Source: Christensenellaceae bacterium (GTDB lineage Bacteria > Bacillota > Clostridia > Christensenellales > Borkfalkiaceae). From it: 64,000 nucleotides of DNA. Both the position numbers and the translations under genes were made by a program. The first letter of the stretch is position 1; each line of letters starts with the position of its first letter. The notes under the pieces were generated by a model, which had not been told where the DNA came from, searched no databases, and was given only the letters and a program-made list of their open reading frames with translations. Below, in pieces: positions 26,791 to 35,485 of this stretch. The DNA lies in NCBI GenBank assembly GCA_045536405.1, contig JAZSNM010000025.1, forward strand, positions 23,664 through 87,663, written 5' to 3'.

Positions 26791-28407
26791 TTATAAAACG
26801 TTTGGGGTAACCGTTTTAGAATAGCGATTTACATCAGTTACCATAGGCGACAACTCTCCTTTTCCATGAAAATCTAATAATTTTTCTTCTAACTCTTCAA
26901 TACAGCCAATTTCGCCTGCAATATATTGAGATAAGCGCTCTTTGCAACTTTGTAGTCTAAGTAGTAACCCGCCAAGCCTTAATTCTTGAACTTCAAACCC
27001 AAACGGCTTATTGTCTTTATACCACATTTTCTTAAACGCCGAAATGAATACTTTCAACTTTTTAATAACTAATTCGTATTTTTTTAAAACGCTAACTAAT
27101 TGTTTTTTGTCGCCGTCTTGATATGCCTTTCTCGTAGCAAAGCCAAGACTATATTTTATCGACAAAACTTCACAAAGCGCTGAAAAACTTTCAAAAATAT
27201 ATGCATAATTTTTACTTCTAAGCGATGCCTTTTTTAACTTTTTAGCAAGTTTAGCGTAATATTTATCTTCATAAAAATCGCCTCTTACCGTAGAATCTAA
27301 AAACCCTATAAATGGGTCGCTAAATAACATAGTTTTACTACCACTTGCGTCATCTCTACTCTTAGTAAACTCATCAGGCATAATTAAATCTAACAAAAGA
27401 AAATCGTCGTAATTTTCTCCAAATTTTTCATTAAATTTTTGCTTAACGTTATCTAAATCTTTATTGCCGTTTGCATATTCCGCCACGTAAAATAGCGAAG
27501 GCAGTAACGCTGACACCGGACACTCGCTTCCGTCATCTCCCCAAGCAGTCATAAAAATGTTTTCAATACCCGCTTTTTTACACTCATCAAGCGCAGGTTT
27601 AGTATGTTTTATCGTGCGGTAATTACTTGGTCTAAAACCTATCCATTTCCAAGCCCCGCCAGCAAACCACGTTTCACAATTAAAAGATTTATGAAGTTTT
27701 ATCATATGCTTATAAACGTCGATAAACGTACTATCGTGATAATAATCCCAATAAACAAGCCCAACGTTTTCTGCTACGGCGTTTCGTATATCCTCACTAA
27801 TTTCGCCTTCCTTTACGTAATAAACACCACCAAATTGCATACGGAAAAACATATCCGACCATATTAACGGCTTAAAATCGTATTTTTCAGCAATTTTACA
27901 TACTTTATTTAAATGTTCAATAAATATTTCAGGTTGTGGTTTTATTCCATTTACACTCTTATATTTTCCAGAGCCTAACGCATGAGCCTCATCCATACCT
28001 ATATGAATACGATTTGTTGAAAAACATTCTCGTAAAGTTTTAAACATATTTTCAATTAACGTGTACGTCCTTTCATCTCCAACTAATAAAATATCGTCAA
28101 TATCATTAATGCCTTGATACACATACCATTTGAAAATTTGTCTTAAATGCGCTAAAGTTTGAATACAAGGTATCACTTCCATACCATATCCACTTGCATA
28201 AGAAACGATATCTTTTATTTCATTTTTAGTATATCTACCACGCATATATCCAAAATACGGCTCGCCATCTACTTCATAAGTGTCTTCGGTGTAGAGCATT
28301 AAAAATTTGTAACCCATTTTTGCTATCACGTCAATAAACCGTTTTAAGCCGGAAACACTCATAACGGCATTTCGAGAACAATCAACCATTAAACCTAAAC
28401 TACTCAT
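26791..28407 (-). CDS. GH20-family beta-N-acetylhexosaminidase-like protein
   Basis: 538 aa. It has the TIM-barrel motifs IPCIQTLAHL, RIHIGMDEAH (GH20 D-E pair) and WSDMF. Confidence 0.6.
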   Translation of the reverse strand: MSSLGLMVDCSRNAVMSVSGLKRFIDVIAKMGYKFLMLYTEDTYEVDGEPYFGYMRGRYTKNEIKDIVSYASGYGMEVIPCIQTLAHLRQIFKWYVYQGINDIDDILLVGDERTYTLIENMFKTLRECFSTNRIHIGMDEAHALGSGKYKSVNGIKPQPEIFIEHLNKVCKIAEKYDFKPLIWSDMFFRMQFGGVYYVKEGEISEDIRNAVAENVGLVYWDYYHDSTFIDVYKHMIKLHKSFNCETWFAGGAWKWIGFRPSNYRTIKHTKPALDECKKAGIENIFMTAWGDDGSECPVSALLPSLFYVAEYANGNKDLDNVKQKFNEKFGENYDDFLLLDLIMPDEFTKSRDDASGSKTMLFSDPFIGFLDSTVRGDFYEDKYYAKLAKKLKKASLRSKNYAYIFESFSALCEVLSIKYSLGFATRKAYQDGDKKQLVSVLKKYELVIKKLKVFISAFKKMWYKDNKPFGFEVQELRLGGLLLRLQSCKERLSQYIAGEIGCIEELEEKLLDFHGKGELSPMVTDVNRYSKTVTPNVL

Positions 28408-28718
28408 ACGCTACCCCCTAAAATTTCTAAAAATATTTTATTTATACGTTATAAAAATTACTAATTTTCTTTTCTAGTTAATTTTAACACACTTATAACA
28501 CCTTGTCAATCTACTTGTTTTTTATTTATTTAAATAAATTATACATTTTCCTAATTTATTTAGATAAATTTTATTAATTCCTAATTTTTATTATTTATCT
28601 TTAACCTCCCTTTACATTTTAAGCCCTAATTGTTATAATAATTATAATGGGTAGAAGTTGGCTTTTGTTTTTTAAGTCGTTTTATTAAAATACCCTGTTA
28701 CGTTTAAGGAGTAATTAT

Positions 28719-29891
28719 ATGGACAAAAAAGAATTTGCTTTACAAGAACATGCTAAATGGCACGGTAAAATCGAAGTTATAGCACACGCACCTATCACAA
28801 GCCCCGAAGAACTTGCCGTTGCTTACACTCCTGGTGTTGCTGAGCCATGCTTAAAAATTTCCAAAAACGTTGATTTATCATACGTTTACACTCGTCGTTC
28901 TAACTTGGTTGCCGTTGTAACCGATGGTACTGCCGTTTTAGGTCTTGGAGATATCGGTCCCGAAGCAGGTATGCCCGTTATGGAAGGCAAATGCGCTTTA
29001 TTTAAGACGTTTGGCGACGTAGACGCATTTCCTTTATGTATCCGTTCTAAAGAAGTTGACGATATTGTAAACACCGTTAAACTTTTAGCCGGTAGTTTTG
29101 GTGGAGTTAACCTTGAAGATATTTCCGCTCCACGTTGCTTTGAAATTGAAAAACGCTTAAAAGAAGTATGTGATATTCCAATTTTTCACGACGATCAACA
29201 CGGTACGGCAATAGTTACTTTGGCCGCAATGATTAACGCTTTAAAACTCGTTAACAAAAAGATTGAAGATATTGAAGTTGTTGTTAACGGCGCAGGTGCA
29301 GCAGGTATCGCTATAACCAAACTTTTAATGAGTAAAGGTCTTAAAAAAGTTATTTTATGCGACCGTAAAGGCGCAATTTATCAAGGACGTGAAGGACTTA
29401 ATGATATTAAGGCTGAAATGGCTAAAATTTCAAATCTTGAAATGAAAAAAGGCAGTTTAGCCGAAGTAATTAAGGGTGCTGACGTATTTGTTGGCGTTTC
29501 TGCGCCAGGTAGTTTAACTAAAGAAATGGTTAAAACTATGGCTAAAGACCCTATTATTTTTGCTATGGCAAACCCTGTTCCAGAAATTATGCCTAATGAA
29601 GCAATTGAGGCTGGGGCAAAAATTGTAGGTACGGGTAGAAGCGACTTTCCTAACCAAATCAATAACGTTCTTGCTTTCCCTGGTATTTTCCGTGGTGCAC
29701 TTGACGTACACGCACGCGATATTAACGATGAAATGAAACTTGCCGCTGCTGAAGCCATTGCAAACGTAATTCCTGAAAGCGAACTTACACCTGAATACAT
29801 TATTCCAGATGCGTTCAACCCATCTATTAAAGAGGCTGTTTCATCAGCAGTTAAAGAAGCGGCTCGCAAAACGGGTGTTGCTAGACTTTAA
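28719..29891 (+). CDS. NAD(P)-dependent malic enzyme (short form)
   Basis: 390 aa with LAVAYTPGVAEPC, GTAVLGLGDIGPEAGMPVMEGK and VVVNGAGAAG (Rossmann). Confidence 0.85.
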   Translation: MDKKEFALQEHAKWHGKIEVIAHAPITSPEELAVAYTPGVAEPCLKISKNVDLSYVYTRRSNLVAVVTDGTAVLGLGDIGPEAGMPVMEGKCALFKTFGDVDAFPLCIRSKEVDDIVNTVKLLAGSFGGVNLEDISAPRCFEIEKRLKEVCDIPIFHDDQHGTAIVTLAAMINALKLVNKKIEDIEVVVNGAGAAGIAITKLLMSKGLKKVILCDRKGAIYQGREGLNDIKAEMAKISNLEMKKGSLAEVIKGADVFVGVSAPGSLTKEMVKTMAKDPIIFAMANPVPEIMPNEAIEAGAKIVGTGRSDFPNQINNVLAFPGIFRGALDVHARDINDEMKLAAAEAIANVIPESELTPEYIIPDAFNPSIKEAVSSAVKEAARKTGVARL

Positions 29892-29923
29892 AAAATAAAA
29901 AAAATATCAAAAAACCTATTATA

Positions 29924-29958
29924 AGTGCGTCAGTAATAACGATTATTACTGACGCACT
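29924..29958 (+). terminator. Hairpin terminator after the malic enzyme gene
   Basis: AGTGCGTCAGTAATAA pairs with TTATTACTGACGCACT. Confidence 0.55.
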
Positions 29959-30007
29959 GTTTATATTTGTCTTTTAAAGTAAATTTTATTTTACTTCTTA
30001 CACAAAA

Positions 30008-30036
30008 TTGACAAAGTAAAAAAAAACGATTATACT
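30008..30036 (+). promoter_or_regulatory. proBAC promoter
   Basis: TTGACA (30008-30013), a 17-nt spacer, then TATACT (30031-30036). Confidence 0.55.
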
Positions 30037-30070
30037 ATATTTAATTAACAATTAAAAAAGGATTTAGCGT

Positions 30071-30841
30071 ATGAGATTAGTAATTAAAGTGGGCACGTCT
30101 ACGTTAGCACACGCAACGGGAAAACTGAATATTCGTTTAACGGGCGACCTTTGCCGAGTTATAAGTGATTTAAAAAACGCGGGGCACGAAGTTATTTTAG
30201 TATCTTCGGGCGCAATCGGTATGGGAGTTGGCAAACTTGCGCTTAATAAAAAACCAACGGATATCCCAACAAAGCAAGCGGCGGCGGCCGTAGGTCAATG
30301 CGAGTTAATGTATACTTACGATAGATTATTCACCGAATACAACCACACCGTAGCGCAAATTCTTTTGACGGGTTCCGACTTTACGTCAACCGAACGCCAT
30401 GAAAATTTTAACAACACAATTTCTCGATTATTAGAACTTGGGGCACTTCCTATTATTAATGAAAACGACACGATTGCAACGGAAGAAATCAAAGTTGGCG
30501 ATAATGATACTCTTTCCGCATTAGTAGCCGTTTCAGTACAAGCCGATTTACTTATTATTCTTTCGGACGTGGACGGCCTATATTCGTCAGACCCACGTAA
30601 AGACCCAAACGCAAAACTTATCGAAGAAGTATCTTGCGTTACTGAAGAAACTATTTCACTTGGAGGAGACGCGGGCTCTACTCTTGGCACGGGCGGAATG
30701 AAAACAAAATTATCAGCCGCCAAACTTTGCACTAACGCAGGCTGTGAAATGATTATTGCTTGCGGAAAAAATCCTGAAATTTTATACGACGTTATTAACG
30801 GCAAAAAGGGTAAGTTTACTCGCTTTTTAGCCAAGAGGTAA
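30071..30841 (+). CDS. proB: Glutamate 5-kinase (short form, no PUA domain)
   Basis: 256 aa with VIKVGTSTL, VSSGAIGMG and NENDT motifs. It is the first gene of proBAC. Confidence 0.9.
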   Translation: MRLVIKVGTSTLAHATGKLNIRLTGDLCRVISDLKNAGHEVILVSSGAIGMGVGKLALNKKPTDIPTKQAAAAVGQCELMYTYDRLFTEYNHTVAQILLTGSDFTSTERHENFNNTISRLLELGALPIINENDTIATEEIKVGDNDTLSALVAVSVQADLLIILSDVDGLYSSDPRKDPNAKLIEEVSCVTEETISLGGDAGSTLGTGGMKTKLSAAKLCTNAGCEMIIACGKNPEILYDVINGKKGKFTRFLAKR

Positions 30842-30845
30842 TAAT

Positions 30846-32108
30846 ATGAAAAGCATGAAAGCCATTTTAGAAGATGCAAAAGTAGCGTCTCGTGAATCGG
30901 CAAAATTAACAACTGAAATTAAAAACAAAGCATTACTTCATATGGCGGATGCTCTCGAAGAAAATGCGGACAAAATTTTAAAGGCTAACGAATTAGACGT
31001 TACTCTTGCTAAAAGTATTTTGTCCGACGTAATGCTTGATAGACTACGTCTTACTAAATCGCGTATAGCAAGTATGGCGAAAGGCATACGTGACGTAGCG
31101 TCACTACCCGACCCCGTAGGAGTTTGTTTAGAAAAAACCACGCTTATTAACGGCTTAACGATAGAAAAAACACGCGTACCTTTAGGTGTTATAGGTATAA
31201 TTTACGAAAGTCGTCCTAACGTAACGTCGGACGCTGTCGCACTATGTTTTAAAAGTGGTAACGTTTGTATTTTACGTGGTGGTAAAGACGCTTATAATTC
31301 TTCTAAGGCAATAGTTACCGTGCTACGCTCGGTACTTGCAAATATGGGTATTAATGAGAACTTTATCAATCTACCTTCCGACACTTCACGCCAAAGCGCA
31401 ACCCAACTTATGACGGCGGTAGGCTACGTTGACGCACTTATTCCACGTGGTGGCGCAGGACTTATACGCTCGTGCGTTGAAAATGCAAAAGTACCGTGTA
31501 TTGAAACGGGAACGGGCATTTGCCACGTATACGTTGATAGTGACGCAGATATTTATAAAGCGCTCGATATTATCGACAATGCAAAAACTTCACGCCCATC
31601 AGTTTGTAACGCTTTAGAAGTATGTCTTATAGACCAAAAAATTGCAATCGAGTTTTTACCGTTACTAAAAGCAAGGCTGGTAGACAGTCGAATAACTTCT
31701 TCATTACAACCCGTAGAACTTCGCGTTTGTGAAAAGTCGTACGCTATCATAGGTGGCGTTAAAGCAAGTGAAAACGATTTTGATACGGAGTTTTTAGATT
31801 ATATTCTTGCCGTGAAAGTTGTAAACGGCATTGATGAAGCCATTAAACATATTCAAGACCACTCAACCGGTCATAGCGATTGTATCGTAACGAAAAATTC
31901 TACAACCGCAAATAAATTTACGCGTGAAGTAGATAGTTCCGCAGTATACGTTAACGCATCTACCCGCTTCACCGACGGCGGAGAATTTGGCAAAGGTTGT
32001 GAAATTGGTATTTCTACACAAAAATTACATGCCCGTGGTCCTATGGGATTAGAAGAACTCACTTCTTATAAATATATCGTTCACGGGGACGGACAAATTA
32101 GAAAATAA
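30846..32108 (+). CDS. proA: Gamma-glutamyl phosphate reductase
   Basis: 420 aa of the aldehyde dehydrogenase type, with YESRPNVT and SRPSVCNALE motifs. Confidence 0.9.
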   Translation: MKSMKAILEDAKVASRESAKLTTEIKNKALLHMADALEENADKILKANELDVTLAKSILSDVMLDRLRLTKSRIASMAKGIRDVASLPDPVGVCLEKTTLINGLTIEKTRVPLGVIGIIYESRPNVTSDAVALCFKSGNVCILRGGKDAYNSSKAIVTVLRSVLANMGINENFINLPSDTSRQSATQLMTAVGYVDALIPRGGAGLIRSCVENAKVPCIETGTGICHVYVDSDADIYKALDIIDNAKTSRPSVCNALEVCLIDQKIAIEFLPLLKARLVDSRITSSLQPVELRVCEKSYAIIGGVKASENDFDTEFLDYILAVKVVNGIDEAIKHIQDHSTGHSDCIVTKNSTTANKFTREVDSSAVYVNASTRFTDGGEFGKGCEIGISTQKLHARGPMGLEELTSYKYIVHGDGQIRK

Positions 32109-32121
32109 TAGGAGAAATTTT

Positions 32122-32916
32122 ATGTACACACTCGGTTTTATTGGATGCGGAAATATGGGCGGGGCTTTAGCACGCGCTGTAACAAAAGCCGTAGGCGGAC
32201 AAAATATTGCCGTCAACGATCATTGCACCGAAAAAGCGCAAGCGCTTTCAAAAGAAAGTGGCGCAACGGTACTATCTACTCAAGAAATTGCAACTCAATG
32301 TAAATTTATCGTACTTGGCGTAAAACCGCAAAATATAGAAGAAACGATTTCAGCGTTTAAATCACAATTACAATTAAATAAAAAAGCCGTGGTAATTACC
32401 ATGGCGGCGGGCATTTCTATTTCAGCCATACGCACTTTTATCGGCGCGGACGTACCCGTAATACGTATTATGCCTAACACTCCAGCCCTTGTTGGCGAAG
32501 GTATGATTTTATACGATTGCTTAGGCGTATCCCCTATCGACGAACAAGAATTTAAAGATGCTTTTGCAAAAGCGGGCGTAATTGACAAACTTCCCGAAGA
32601 TAAAATTGATGCGGCGAGCGCGCTTTCGGGTTGTGGACCAGCGTTTGTTTATGCGTTTGCCGAAGCCCTTGCCGACGGTGCGGTAGAATGTGGCGTACCT
32701 CGTGATAAAGCCGCTATCTACGCAGCGCAAACAATTCTTGGCGCTGGTAAAATGCTACTTGAATTTGGACATCCTGCCGACCTTAAAGATGCCGTTTGCT
32801 CACCTGGTGGAACAACTATTGCCGGCGTACACGCACTAGAAAAAGGCGGTTTCCGCTCCGCCACTATGGACGCGGTATTCTCGGCATACAAACGCACTTT
32901 AGAACTTAAAAAATAA
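32122..32916 (+). CDS. proC: Pyrroline-5-carboxylate reductase
   Basis: 264 aa with FIGCGNMGGA, MPNTPALVGEG and SPGGTT motifs. Confidence 0.9.
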   Translation: MYTLGFIGCGNMGGALARAVTKAVGGQNIAVNDHCTEKAQALSKESGATVLSTQEIATQCKFIVLGVKPQNIEETISAFKSQLQLNKKAVVITMAAGISISAIRTFIGADVPVIRIMPNTPALVGEGMILYDCLGVSPIDEQEFKDAFAKAGVIDKLPEDKIDAASALSGCGPAFVYAFAEALADGAVECGVPRDKAAIYAAQTILGAGKMLLEFGHPADLKDAVCSPGGTTIAGVHALEKGGFRSATMDAVFSAYKRTLELKK

Positions 32917-32962
32917 TTGCAAAAAATAAAATGCAAAAATAAAAATATAATTACAAAAACAA

Positions 32963-33000
32963 AATAGGCATGTGATAAATCTTCGCATACCTATTTTTTT
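32963..33000 (+). terminator. proC terminator
   Basis: Imperfect stem AATAGGCATG../..CATACCTATT followed by a 7-nt T-run. Confidence 0.5.
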
Positions 33001-33049
33001 ATATACTTATATATAAAATAATATTTTAATTGTTAAGTGGTTTTATTTT

Positions 33050-33187
33050 CCGCGAGATTGCAACTCTACTGTTCGATTATATTATACCACACTAAATATG
33101 ACAACCTACGTCATATATTATATAAAATTTCGCTAAAAATAGCAACGGTCAAACGTCTACGTTTAGGTACATTTGACCGCTTTTGTA
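33050..33187 (+). repeat. Repeat copy A (hairpin + promoter-operator module)
   Basis: 33050-33178 aligns by hand with 53562-53690: 129 nt, 7 mismatches. The tail 33159-33187 matches 54837-54865. Confidence 0.85.
33081..33116 (-). promoter_or_regulatory. Orphan copy of the promoter-operator module
   Basis: The minus strand reads ATATGAC-N7-GTCATAT (33096-33116), then 9 nt, then TGGTATAAT. No ORF lies downstream before the proC terminator. Confidence 0.5.
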
Positions 33188-33203
33188 AAAATATTTATTT
33201 TTC

Positions 33204-33755
33204 TTAAATTTCTACAATCACATCACCATTTTTATCGCGAATATTAAAACCGTCTAAACGATAATCTTTCATCCTGCTTTTATCAAAAGGTTTTTTGATT
33301 TTTGGCATTAACCGATTTTCTCCACCGCCATAGGCAATCAGTAATATCAAAAAACGACCTCGATACGCTAAAGACCGACCAAAGTCATCATCCTGATATA
33401 CGGCATAATAAACATATGAGAACAACGATTCCCCCTCCAAAGCAATATTAGGATTCGCACCATACTCTAACAACAATTGCGCAATTTTTAAGCGGTTCTC
33501 GTCAGATTCGTCCGCCATATCGGAAACCGAAAATTTAGGGTGGGGATATTGTGTATATTGCAGATTCCAAAGCACGTTTTCCCCATCGCAAATCAAATTA
33601 GGATTCGCACCATTTTTCAACAAAACTTCTACCATTTTTATATTTTCAGCTTCGATTGCCTCGCTTAAATATGTGCTTAACAAGCCAAATTTGTTAATGA
33701 ACGGCTGATTAATATCCACTTGTTTTATTCTCTTTTTTATCTCATCCAAAGTCAT
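33204..33755 (-). CDS. Ankyrin-repeat protein
   Basis: 183 aa with two clear ANK consensus segments (VEVLLKNGANPN, AQLLLEYGANPN). Confidence 0.75.
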   Translation of the reverse strand: MTLDEIKKRIKQVDINQPFINKFGLLSTYLSEAIEAENIKMVEVLLKNGANPNLICDGENVLWNLQYTQYPHPKFSVSDMADESDENRLKIAQLLLEYGANPNIALEGESLFSYVYYAVYQDDDFGRSLAYRGRFLILLIAYGGGENRLMPKIKKPFDKSRMKDYRLDGFNIRDKNGDVIVEI

Positions 33756-33862
33756 ATTCCAAACTCTTTTATAAATTCCGTTACGCTTATATTTTGATTA
33801 TTCTCTATTATACGATAACTTTTATCTAAATTTCTATCCGCAATCGCCAATTTTATGAATTC

Positions 33863-35314
33863 TCAGTCTACGTCGAGCTTTAATAAATAGTTCATAACAA
33901 ACTTGGCTTTTTCGTATATCTCGCTTATGACGTCAAAAGTTTCTTCAAACGGATTTTCGCAGTATCTACAATACCCACGTTCTCTATAATCCATTTTATC
34001 TACCAATTGCCCACACTTTTCACAATACGTGTATTTGTAAATACGTAAATTATGGTCGGAATCGTCAAAAGAATCTTCTTCTATACCCATTATCGACAAG
34101 AACTCTTCTTTTGTGATATTGGGATTTTCCATTAAAACCTGATAACTTTTCTCAAAATTATCATCGCATATCGCATCCACAAGCGTCATTAGATCACACC
34201 CTATTTCAGTTAACCGCCTGTCTATGTAATCATATTGTTCCCAAGTTATCCTCGATACGGTTTTAGGTTGTTCCCCTACGTATTCCACCCAACAATTATA
34301 GCCCCAACAATCATTTTTTACGTCTTTTACTTTACGCAAAATGCCCCTATCCATCATAATAGCAAATTGCGTTGACCAAAAATAATACGGGAAGTGATCT
34401 AGATTACGATTCTTTTCGTTTTTATAAATAAAATGAAGAAGACTTGTCAACTTAAACGGTTTATCTTTGGGACAGTTCCTTTCGATAAGTCCGAAATAAT
34501 AATCAATAGGCACGCTTCTTATTTTGTCGCCGTCCGTAATCCTAATCTTTGCATTTTCTTCTTTTAATCTATCCCAAATTTGAGCGTATTTTTCCTTCTC
34601 TTCCGCCATTATAAAATGTGGATTGCTTTGCGAAATCGCAAACCCTATTTGTTCACGATAAAGCTGAGCCCATTTCCGCAATTTATTCACAAATCTTCCG
34701 TTCGGTTTGCGAATTCTTTGGGGCAAATTTAGTAGTAAAATCGAACATTCAATATTACGAAGTAAATGCATTAAATAATATAAAGAACACAAATCTTCAT
34801 TATTATAACTACACCAAAACCGCAACGTATAACCGTCTTTTGCATAATTTACAATCTTCTCGACTAATTGAAGCTGATAATCAACAACTTCTTTCGCTTC
34901 GTGTTCTTCTGCACCCAAGTCGATTACCAATTGATTATAAACGTATGCTAATCTACCCTCGTAGAAGTTTTCATCGCAAATATCGCTAAGCGACAAATGT
35001 AAATTCATACTGCAAAACTCATTATCAAAAGAAAGCATTTTATCAACAAGTGGTGCGTCGAAATATTTGTTATCAATAAAATTCTCAAACAACGCTTTTC
35101 GTTTTTCAAGACTAAATTCTTGAACCCATTTAGCAGGAATACAGCATTCCTTCTCTACACTGCCTTTGGGTGTGGATTCTGTCATTGAAAAACATAAATC
35201 TTCATATTCCGCTTTAACTCTTTTTGCACTAACAAGATACGAGCGCAAGCCGTCCATATCCCCCACGAATACATCTATCATTTTATTTTCTTTGGCTTCA
35301 TAGTTAAGAATCAT
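33863..35314 (-). CDS. DUF1835/DUF3658-like protein with C-terminal CxxC..CxxC zinc ribbon
   Basis: 483 aa. IDVFVGDMDG, LRFWCSYNNEDLCSLYYLMHLL and IWDRLKEENAKIRI..SVPIDYY match my memory of DUF1835 + DUF3658. The C-terminus has CEKCG...CRYCENP. Confidence 0.5.
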   Translation of the reverse strand: MILNYEAKENKMIDVFVGDMDGLRSYLVSAKRVKAEYEDLCFSMTESTPKGSVEKECCIPAKWVQEFSLEKRKALFENFIDNKYFDAPLVDKMLSFDNEFCSMNLHLSLSDICDENFYEGRLAYVYNQLVIDLGAEEHEAKEVVDYQLQLVEKIVNYAKDGYTLRFWCSYNNEDLCSLYYLMHLLRNIECSILLLNLPQRIRKPNGRFVNKLRKWAQLYREQIGFAISQSNPHFIMAEEKEKYAQIWDRLKEENAKIRITDGDKIRSVPIDYYFGLIERNCPKDKPFKLTSLLHFIYKNEKNRNLDHFPYYFWSTQFAIMMDRGILRKVKDVKNDCWGYNCWVEYVGEQPKTVSRITWEQYDYIDRRLTEIGCDLMTLVDAICDDNFEKSYQVLMENPNITKEEFLSIMGIEEDSFDDSDHNLRIYKYTYCEKCGQLVDKMDYRERGYCRYCENPFEETFDVISEIYEKAKFVMNYLLKLDVD

Positions 35315-35346
35315 AATTCGTCTCCTTGCTTAAATATCTTTAATAT

Positions 35347-35382
35347 ATTATAACACACTAAATATGACAACTTTCGTCATAT
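35347..35382 (-). promoter_or_regulatory. Promoter-operator module upstream of the DUF1835-like gene
   Basis: The minus strand reads ATATGACgaaagttGTCATAT (35362-35382), then 9 nt, then TGTTATAAT. RBS AAGGAGA and the ATG at 35314 follow. Confidence 0.6.
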
Positions 35383-35485
35383 TTATCAAAATTCTTAACC
35401 CACTCTAAATCTTCTGCGGGTCTAGGCGTATTTTTTTGAGCACCACAAGCCTCATAGCCTAAATCGGACTTATGGCAAAGCTATG

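Noticed and set aside
29960-30070. Possible T-box or riboswitch leader upstream of proB
   Set aside because: Only about 35 nt lie between the predicted -10 and the RBS. That leaves no room for a specifier or antiterminator structure, so this is just a promoter.
33050-33187. The 129-138-nt repeat as a MITE or IS end
   Set aside because: The copies are direct, not inverted. They contain a functional-looking promoter and a post-stop hairpin, have no target-site duplications that I can see, and have no associated transposase.
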